Shown here one piece after another: positions 57,142-64,000 of a stretch of 64,000 bases of DNA (the stretch's first letter is position 1; every line of letters starts with the position of its first letter). Made by a program: the position numbers and the translations under genes. The stretch lies in the NCBI GenBank assembly GCA_963422395.1, contig OY729431.1, positions 1,600,001-1,664,000 of the forward strand, read 5' to 3'. The notes below the pieces were generated by a model that saw nothing but the letters and a program-made list of their open reading frames with translations, searched no databases and had not been told where the DNA came from. The DNA comes from Vicinamibacteria bacterium. Its GTDB lineage: Bacteria > Acidobacteriota > Vicinamibacteria > Marinacidobacterales > Marinacidobacteraceae.

Positions 57142-58198
57142 GAATCCGGTCCACCCATCCGTACGGATCGGGATTTCGGCCCAGCCGGATACCGGTCAGA
57201 CGCTCGCGCAGTTCGTCCTGTAGCGGCGTTTCTTCGGGCAGCCGCACCTCCACGCCATCCCCGGTGAGGCGAGCGACCGGAGTGATCACCGCGGCGGTGC
57301 CGACGCCGAAACACTCCTGGAGGGTCTCCCGCGCGTGGGCGTCGGCCACCTCTTCGATGGAGATCGGGCGTTCCTCCACTTCGCGGCCCATCTCTTCTCG
57401 CAGGAGGTGGATCACGCTGTCACGAGTGATCCCCGGCAGGATCGTCCCCGCGAGGGGCGGAGTCACCACCCGCCCGTCCACCACGAACATCATGTTCATG
57501 GTGCCGCATTCCTCGACGAAACGATGCTGCTTGGAATCGAGCCAGAGCACATTGTCGCAGCCATGTTCCCTGGCTTCGGCCATCCCGAAATAGCTCGCCG
57601 AGTAGTTGCCCGCCGCCTTGGCTTCACCGACCCCGCCTTCGGCGGCGCGAATCCAGCGCCTGGTGACATAGAGGCTCACAGACCCTTCGTAGTAGGCGCC
57701 GACCGGCGCGGTGAAGGTCAGGAAGCGGTACTCGCGCGCTGGGCCGACTCCGATGTACGGGTCCGCAGCGAAGAGAAAGGGGCGGATGTAGAGCGAACCG
57801 ACCTCGTTTCCGGGAATCCAAGCCCGGTCCAGTCGAACCAGTTCCCGGATGCCTCCGAGAAAGAGCTCTTCGGGAATCTCGGTCATCACCAGCCGGCGGG
57901 CGGACCGGTTCATCCGCAGCCAGTTCTCACGGGGTCGAAACAGGACCGGGACGCCGTCGTCGGTCAGGTGGGCTTTCATCCCCTCGAAGATGGCCTGCGC
58001 GTAGTGGAGCGCCGCGGTCGCCGGGTGGAGCGCGATGTCGCCGAAGGGAACGATCTCCGGCGCGGTCCAGCCTCCGTCCCGACATCGGGCGCTCAGCATG
58101 TGATCGCTGTACACCCGGCCGAACGACACCTTCGCGAGGTCCACCTCGGGAAGCCGGGAGCGCTTCACACGCTCGATGCAAATCGGGTCAGCAGTCAC
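57125..58198 (-). CDS. ilvE: Branched-chain amino acid aminotransferase
   Basis: LHYAQAIFEGMKA, LYIRP, AKAAGNY, EECGTMN, ILPGITR, GTAAVI. Confidence 0.96.
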   Translation of the reverse strand: MTADPICIERVKRSRLPEVDLAKVSFGRVYSDHMLSARCRDGGWTAPEIVPFGDIALHPATAALHYAQAIFEGMKAHLTDDGVPVLFRPRENWLRMNRSARRLVMTEIPEELFLGGIRELVRLDRAWIPGNEVGSLYIRPFLFAADPYIGVGPAREYRFLTFTAPVGAYYEGSVSLYVTRRWIRAAEGGVGEAKAAGNYSASYFGMAEAREHGCDNVLWLDSKQHRFVEECGTMNMMFVVDGRVVTPPLAGTILPGITRDSVIHLLREEMGREVEERPISIEEVADAHARETLQECFGVGTAAVITPVARLTGDGVEVRLPEETPLQDELRERLTGIRLGRNPDPYGWVDRIPDDIP

Positions 58199-58246
58199 GA
58201 GGAAAAGCGCTGACGCCGACCGGGCGGGCGCTTCGGCGGTGGAATT

Positions 58247-59584
58247 CTAGCCGTTTCGCCGGCGGCGCCACCCGACCACCACCCAGCCGGCGGCGCCGGC
58301 CAGGAGGAGCGGCCAGACAAGCCAGGACCAGTCAGGCGCAGTGCCGCCGGCGAGCAGCCAGGCCCGGGAGAGATCGCCGAGGCGCGGTTCGAAAAGGTGC
58401 CAGGCGGCATGGCCGGCGATCACCGAGAGCAGCGCGTTCAGCGCGAAGCGGGACTTCTCGCTGCGGCCCAGCAGATGGAGAAGAGGGATCACCGCCAGTA
58501 CCACCGCGGCCTGCCCCGCCTCGACTCCGAGATTGAAGGAAAACAGCGCGAGCGGAATGTGGTCACCCGCGAAGGCGAGCGACTCGCCGAGAGCGAAGGC
58601 GAAGCCGAAGCCGTGGAACAGACCGAACAGGAAGGCGAGCACCGCGCGGCGCCCCACGCTCGCCGCGATGAGGTTCTCGGCGGCGGTATAGAAGATCGAG
58701 AGCGCCACCACCGCTTCGACGAGAGGAGCGAACCATCCGGCCGTCGGAGCGTGGCCGAGCGCCGCGGCGACCAGAGTGATGGAGTGGGCGACGGTGAAGC
58801 CGGTCACGATCAGGAGCAGCCGCCGCAGGCGCGAAAGCCGGCCGAAGGGGGCGATGAGGCAGATCAGGAACAACAGGTGGTCCCAGCCGGTCAGGATGTG
58901 CTCCACTCCGGAACGGGCGAAGGCGCGAAACGCCTGGATCCCCGACGGATCGAGCGCCACCCGCCCCTCGCGGACGCTGATGTGGAACAGATTGCTCTTC
59001 CACTCTCCCGCTTTGGAGTCGGGCCGCTCGTACAACAAGTCGAGCGCCACCCGGTCGCCGAAACCCGGAGCGACTCCGCACTCGATGGACACGCTGCCGG
59101 AATCGGGAGCCGGATAGCTCAGATAGAGGTCCAGGAATCCCTGGTTCCAAAACACCTGCGTGTCCGCCGGGAGGGACTCGGCGAGCACCGCCTGCCTGGC
59201 GTCTTCGAAGGTGGTGAAGGATCGGTCCCACGGGAGGGCGATGCGGAAGTTCCGTAGAGTCGCCGGCAACCGGCTGCCGTCGGGGTGGAAGAGCGGCGCT
59301 TCGGCGGCGAACGCCTCCCCCGCCCGGCGGAGCGTGGGACCCGCGCGTTCGAGGTCCAGATAGCCCGCACCCCACTTCGGCACATTCAGCGACAGGAGCA
59401 GGAGCAGCGGAACCCGAGCGAGCAGGTGCAGCTCGCCCCCGGATTCCCGCACGAAAACGGGAATGCGAACTTCGTCCGGGATGTCATGTGCGGCCACCGG
59501 ACGCGGCGCAACGCTCAGCGCGAGGACGGAGAACGCCAGCGCGCCGGCGAGGCCCGCCGGACAGCGGCGCGCCGCAGCGTCCAT
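58247..59584 (-). CDS. HupE/UreJ family membrane protein with an N-terminal exported domain
   Basis: AHDIP after a signal peptide; GVEHILTGWDHLLF, FTVAHSITL, FGLFHGFGFA, FNLGVEAGQ. Confidence 0.88.
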   Translation of the reverse strand: MDAAARRCPAGLAGALAFSVLALSVAPRPVAAHDIPDEVRIPVFVRESGGELHLLARVPLLLLLSLNVPKWGAGYLDLERAGPTLRRAGEAFAAEAPLFHPDGSRLPATLRNFRIALPWDRSFTTFEDARQAVLAESLPADTQVFWNQGFLDLYLSYPAPDSGSVSIECGVAPGFGDRVALDLLYERPDSKAGEWKSNLFHISVREGRVALDPSGIQAFRAFARSGVEHILTGWDHLLFLICLIAPFGRLSRLRRLLLIVTGFTVAHSITLVAAALGHAPTAGWFAPLVEAVVALSIFYTAAENLIAASVGRRAVLAFLFGLFHGFGFAFALGESLAFAGDHIPLALFSFNLGVEAGQAAVVLAVIPLLHLLGRSEKSRFALNALLSVIAGHAAWHLFEPRLGDLSRAWLLAGGTAPDWSWLVWPLLLAGAAGWVVVGWRRRRNG

Positions 59585-59655
59585 CCGTTTCCCGGAAAAC
59601 TCGCTCCCCGGGAGCCGCCTACCGCCGCGCAGCCCCGATGCAATCCCTCGCGAAC

Positions 59656-60849
59656 TCAGGGCTCACCCGCGTGATCGGACGAGCCGTCTCCATCGTGCTC
59701 CGCGCTCTCGTCGAGGTTCGACGAAACCACGAACTTCTGCGCCCGCCGACCCTGGCTCACTTCAGCGGTGTAGAAGTTCCCCATGGAGTCCACCACCAGG
59801 TTGTGGACCCAGTGGAACTGCCCCGAGGTACGGCCCCGGCGGCCGAAGAAGCTCTCGATCACCATCGCTTCGCGATCGATGATGTGGATCCGCTGGTTCG
59901 CGCCGTCAGCGTTGTAGAGGGCACGCTGCGCTTCGTCGGGGGAGAGTTCGAGGTCCCAGGTGGAACCGTTTCCGAGGGTGTTCCCTTCCACGATCAGCTC
60001 GCGGACGAACTCCCCGTCCTTCTGGAAGACCTGGATGCGGTTGTTCACCCGGTCGGCGACATAGACCATCCCGTCGTTCGAGATCCGCACCGCATGGACC
60101 GGCGTCCGGAACTGCTGGATGGGTTCGCCGCCCGGGACGAACGGGCCGGAGTCCTCGTCGGAAGGCTCGTTTCCGTAGGCGCCCCAGTGGCGGAGGTACT
60201 CGCCGGTTTCGGCGTCGAACACGATGATCCGCTTGTTCAGGTAGCCGTCCGCCACATAGAGCTCGTTCGTCGCCGGGTCCACTTCCATGTCGGCCGGCCG
60301 CCCGAGGAACTCGGTGCTGTTGCTGCCCTCGGTGCGGCCTGCCTGCCCGATCTGCATGAGGAAGGTTCCGTCGCCGCTGAACTTGAGGACCTGGTGGTCG
60401 TCGGGACCGTTGCCCGCAAGCCAGACATTCCCCAGGTGGTCCACGAAAATACCGTGTTCGCTCGCTGGCCACTCGTAACCCTCGCCGGCGTACCCCGCGG
60501 CGTCCCCCCAGCTGTCGAGCAGATTCCCGTCGGTATCGAACTTGAGGACCGGCGGCGCCGGATTGCAGCACTGGGTGAGCGGCGGATCCTGCATCAGGCC
60601 CGCCTCGTCGGCGTTCAGACTCCTCGGACGGTGAACCAGCCAGATGTGATCGTTTCCGTCCACCGCGATTCCAGAGACCTCACCGACCAGCCAGTCATCG
60701 GGCAGGATCGGCCAGGCCGGGTCCACTACCGGCATGTCGTGGCGCCCTTCGTCGGAATCGGGAACGCCGCTGCTCCCGGCCGCCTGGCACCCGGCGAGAA
60801 CCGCCGCGGCCGCGACCGAAGTGAGGAGCGCAAGAGCCTTCGTCGTCAT
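59656..60849 (-). CDS. NHL-repeat beta-propeller lipoprotein (PAL-like)
   Basis: Lipobox LAGC; repeated YVADGYLNKRI / YVADRVNNRIQVF units. Confidence 0.85.
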   Translation of the reverse strand: MTTKALALLTSVAAAAVLAGCQAAGSSGVPDSDEGRHDMPVVDPAWPILPDDWLVGEVSGIAVDGNDHIWLVHRPRSLNADEAGLMQDPPLTQCCNPAPPVLKFDTDGNLLDSWGDAAGYAGEGYEWPASEHGIFVDHLGNVWLAGNGPDDHQVLKFSGDGTFLMQIGQAGRTEGSNSTEFLGRPADMEVDPATNELYVADGYLNKRIIVFDAETGEYLRHWGAYGNEPSDEDSGPFVPGGEPIQQFRTPVHAVRISNDGMVYVADRVNNRIQVFQKDGEFVRELIVEGNTLGNGSTWDLELSPDEAQRALYNADGANQRIHIIDREAMVIESFFGRRGRTSGQFHWVHNLVVDSMGNFYTAEVSQGRRAQKFVVSSNLDESAEHDGDGSSDHAGEP

Positions 60850-60919
60850 GTCTTCCTCCCGGGAGCGCCGCCCCCCGAACGATCCGCATCGCCGGGAACG
60901 AGCCGCGCCGGACCGAAAT

Positions 60920-60947
60920 AGTGTAAGGGAATCCCCGGTTCTCGCAA
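60920..60947 (-). promoter_or_regulatory. Candidate sigma70 promoter of the NHL-HupE genes
   Basis: TTGCGA-16 nt-TACACT. Confidence 0.5.
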
Positions 60948-61009
60948 ACCGAGCGCCCGCCGCTTCCCGGAACGGCTCCAGTTCGCCGAGGCGGACGATG
61001 GCTCTTCGG

Positions 61010-63952
61010 TCAGGGCTCTTCGATCAGGGCCGCAATCACGGCGTCGTGGAAGGCGGGGCGAAGTCGGAAGATGCCGTCGTTGTCGCGGGTGGGATGGACT
61101 CGGTTCGTGAGCAGCACGGCGAAGAGATCCCGTTCCGGGTCCACCCAGATCGAGGTGCCGGTGAAGCCGGTATGGCCGAACGAAGACGCCGAGAAGTGTT
61201 CTCCCGCCGAGGACGGACCACCGGAAGCGGTCCGCGACGGAGTGTCCCAGCCGAGAGCACGGCTGCTTCCGGCCACGAGGCCGGCGCGGCGGGTGAAGCG
61301 GGAGATCGTGTCGGCGCGCAGCAGGCGCTCCCCGTTCATGGAACCGCCGTTGAGCAGCATCTGCAAGAAGATTCCGAGGTCCCCGGTGGTGCTGAAGAGC
61401 CCCGCGTGCGCGGCGACTTCGCCGAGCACCACGGTGTTCTCGTCGTGGACCTGACCCCGAACGATCCGTCCGCGCCAGGGGTTGTCTTCGGTGGGAGCGA
61501 TCCGCGGCAACAGATCTTCCCGAGGGCGGTAACCGGTGTCGTCCATGCCGAGCGGCTCCGTGATCCGCTCCCGCACCAACGCCGAAAGCCCCTTTCCGGC
61601 GACCCGCTCGATGATCTCGCCGAGCAGCAGGAGGCCGTTGTCGGAATATACGGAGTCGGTGCGGGGCTCGTAGTCGGAAGAAGCCCCCAGGATCCGGTCG
61701 AACACCAGCCGGCGCGCCCTGTCGAGCGGAATTCCGCGGGCCTCGGGATCGAACTCCAAGTAGAACTGGATCCACGCCGGAAGCCCGGAGGAATGGGCGA
61801 GCAGATCGGCCACTGTGACCCCGGCGCGCCTCCCTCGTTCCTCGTCGGATGGGGCCTGATCGAGGAACTCCGGCAGATAGACGCTCACCGGGAGAGAGAT
61901 GTCCAGCCGCCCCGCTTCCTCGAGCATCATCACCAGAGTGGTGGTGCCGACGACCTTGGTGAGCGAGGCCAGGTCATAGATCGTGTCGGGAGTCACCGCC
62001 GGAGCGCCTTCGGCGTAACGCATCCGGCCGAAGCCCTCCCGAAGCGCCACGCCGCCGCCGCGGACGACCAGCACGCTCGCTCCCGGAGTGACCCGCTCGG
62101 CGATCGCGCTCTCGATGACCGCGCGGATGTCCTCGATGCCCTCACGAGTCATCCCTACCTCTTCCGGTTCGACTTCACGAAGCACTTGGCGCACTGCAGC
62201 CTGCCGGATGCCCCCGCCCACCGCAAGCCCGGTGAGCGGAATCGGCAGCTGGCCGTCCAGAGCCCCTTCGCCGAAGAGCGCGGCGGCCGCTGCCCGCTGG
62301 CTGGACGGAGCGCTGTCCCAAGCGAGCAGGATCGCGGCTTCTGGCGGCAGGTTCCGGATCCCATGCGGGTTGCCGAAGGAAACGGCCACCAGTTTCTCGG
62401 CAAAAGGGGTGAGCGCGCGCAGCAGCTCGCTGGGCGTGTCGAGTCCGTACCGCCGAAAGTCGGCCAGCACCACGGCATCGGCCCGGTCCGCACCTTGGGT
62501 GAAACGATCGAGGGGCAGGGCGCCGTGACGATCGGTCGGGATCCTGCCCGCGAGCGCGCCGCGGCGGCGAAGGGCCTCGCGGAAGGGGCGGCGGCCGGGC
62601 TCGTAGGGGCTCTCCTGGTGCAACTCGATGAGAAAGAGACTCGGCGTCCGCGGCAGAGATCCCGGGAGCCTCGTCGAGAACGGGAGGAATTCCTCGGGAT
62701 CCCGGAGCAGGGTGAGGCCGCGCGCGAAGAGCGAGTTCGCCCAGACGCGATCTTCGGGGTCGGAGAGAGCATCGGCCAGACGCTCTGGCGGACTTCGGTC
62801 GGAAAACAGGCCCAGTCGAGCCTTCGCGGTGAGCACCCGCAGGACCGCCTCGTCGAGACGAGAGGCGGACAGCCGTCCGGCGCGGACCGCGCGGACCACC
62901 GACCGTTGTGCGACCACCGGATCGACAGGGACGAGGATCACATCCACTCCGGCCCCGAGGGCCGCCGCCGCGACATCGCCGTCGAAGCCGCTGCCCCGCG
63001 CTCCTTCCATCTCGAGAGCATCGCTGACCACGAGTCCGGAAAAACCCATCGCGGCGCGCAGCTCGCCGCCCAGGATCTCCGGGGAAAGAGTGGCCGGACG
63101 GTCCGTCCGCCCATCGAGCGCGGGCACCGCGAGGTGGCCCGGCATGACGGCAGAGACGCCGGCGTCCACCGCGGCCCGGAACGGAGCGAGATCCACCGCG
63201 TCGAGCTGATCGCGGGAAGCGGAGACCACGGCGAGCCCGTAGTGGCTGTCCGTCCCGGTCGCTCCGTGGCCGGGAAAGTGCTTCGCGGTGGCGAGCGCCC
63301 CCCCGGCCTCGACCCCCCGCAGGAACGCGGCGCCCAGCCGCGCGACGGTATTCGGGTCCGCACCGAACGAGCGCGTCCCGAGGACTGCGCTCTCGGGACT
63401 GGTGAGCACATCGAGCACCGGAGCCAGCACGAGATGAACCCCGAGCGCCCGCGCCTCGCGCGCCACGATGCGCCCCTGACGCTCCATCGCCTCCGGGTCG
63501 GGAGCAGCCGCCGCCTGCATCGCCGGGGGGAAACGGATCCCGCCGGCGGTGCGCATCGCTGTTCCCCATTCGTAGTCGGCCGCGATGAGGAGCGGGAGCG
63601 GCGCCACGCTCTGGAGCGCCGCGGTCATGCGCCGTGTCCCCTCGGGAGTCCCCGCGAAGACGACGGCGCCACCGATCCGGCCCGCCTCGGCCAAGCGGAG
63701 AATCGCCTTCCGTTCGGGGTCCGCGACGTTTCGGAATTCCGCCGGTGCCCTGGGCATCACCACCTGGCCGGCTTTCGCCTCGAGGGCGAGCCCGGTCAGG
63801 ACCCGGCGAGCGATGTCCTCCGCTTCCTGCCCGCCGGCGGCCCGCTCGCCGAACAGGAGCGCAGCGCAAAGCACTAGCAGTCCGTGGATGAAGCGGCGCG
63901 AGCACCGAGACCGGGGAGGCGCCTGGCTGACAAGGCGCGAATCGGGAGGCAT
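61010..63952 (-). CDS. GH3 beta-N-acetylglucosaminidase fused to a beta-lactamase-family serine hydrolase (start uncertain)
   Basis: ADYEWG, RSFG, KHFPGHG, SDALEM (GH3), then DLASLTK, YSD, HAGLFS, FGHTGFTG. Confidence 0.92.
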   Translation of the reverse strand: MPPDSRLVSQAPPRSRCSRRFIHGLLVLCAALLFGERAAGGQEAEDIARRVLTGLALEAKAGQVVMPRAPAEFRNVADPERKAILRLAEAGRIGGAVVFAGTPEGTRRMTAALQSVAPLPLLIAADYEWGTAMRTAGGIRFPPAMQAAAAPDPEAMERQGRIVAREARALGVHLVLAPVLDVLTSPESAVLGTRSFGADPNTVARLGAAFLRGVEAGGALATAKHFPGHGATGTDSHYGLAVVSASRDQLDAVDLAPFRAAVDAGVSAVMPGHLAVPALDGRTDRPATLSPEILGGELRAAMGFSGLVVSDALEMEGARGSGFDGDVAAAALGAGVDVILVPVDPVVAQRSVVRAVRAGRLSASRLDEAVLRVLTAKARLGLFSDRSPPERLADALSDPEDRVWANSLFARGLTLLRDPEEFLPFSTRLPGSLPRTPSLFLIELHQESPYEPGRRPFREALRRRGALAGRIPTDRHGALPLDRFTQGADRADAVVLADFRRYGLDTPSELLRALTPFAEKLVAVSFGNPHGIRNLPPEAAILLAWDSAPSSQRAAAAALFGEGALDGQLPIPLTGLAVGGGIRQAAVRQVLREVEPEEVGMTREGIEDIRAVIESAIAERVTPGASVLVVRGGGVALREGFGRMRYAEGAPAVTPDTIYDLASLTKVVGTTTLVMMLEEAGRLDISLPVSVYLPEFLDQAPSDEERGRRAGVTVADLLAHSSGLPAWIQFYLEFDPEARGIPLDRARRLVFDRILGASSDYEPRTDSVYSDNGLLLLGEIIERVAGKGLSALVRERITEPLGMDDTGYRPREDLLPRIAPTEDNPWRGRIVRGQVHDENTVVLGEVAAHAGLFSTTGDLGIFLQMLLNGGSMNGERLLRADTISRFTRRAGLVAGSSRALGWDTPSRTASGGPSSAGEHFSASSFGHTGFTGTSIWVDPERDLFAVLLTNRVHPTRDNDGIFRLRPAFHDAVIAALIEEP

Positions 63953-64000
63953 ACCGGGCGTATTCCGACTGATTTGCAACGAAGAGCGAAGCGGTTCAGC

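Overview
GC-rich, gene-dense bacterial chromosomal window. The VWA-domain protein and TonB receptor styles suggest an Acidobacteriota-like organism (inference only). I found no rRNA, tRNA, CRISPR array or intact mobile element. The left part (1-37 kb) is a catabolic and energy region. It holds a frameshifted amidohydrolase, an SSS symporter, and a long minus-strand run reading form II-like coxSLM (AYRGAGR), coxD, coxE, xdhC, an AttE/F/G-type ABC exporter, an AttH lipocalin-like domain fused in frame to a PuuD-like membrane domain, tctCBA, MmgE/PrpD and CocE. It also holds exported hydrolases, coxG, a TonB receptor, an orphan PLD-SNF2 helicase, and a form I CO dehydrogenase coxMSL (AYRCSFR) followed by an XdhC/CoxF-YHS fusion. 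The right part is mostly housekeeping: pyrG, kdsC, coaE, folD, thiE, accCB, pilMNOPQ, tag, leuDC, an unknown gene, a short leuA, an M50 protease, namZ, ilvE, HupE/UreJ, an NHL-repeat protein and a GH3-serine hydrolase fusion. The best leads are the Mo-hydroxylase/AttEFGH/PuuD operon, the split dual-CODH cluster with a candidate Cu-delivering CoxF-YHS protein, a possible CTP-sensing start-site switch at pyrG, the methylase-less PLD-helicase, and the unknown gene where leuB is expected. All family calls come from recognising motifs by eye; no database search was run.
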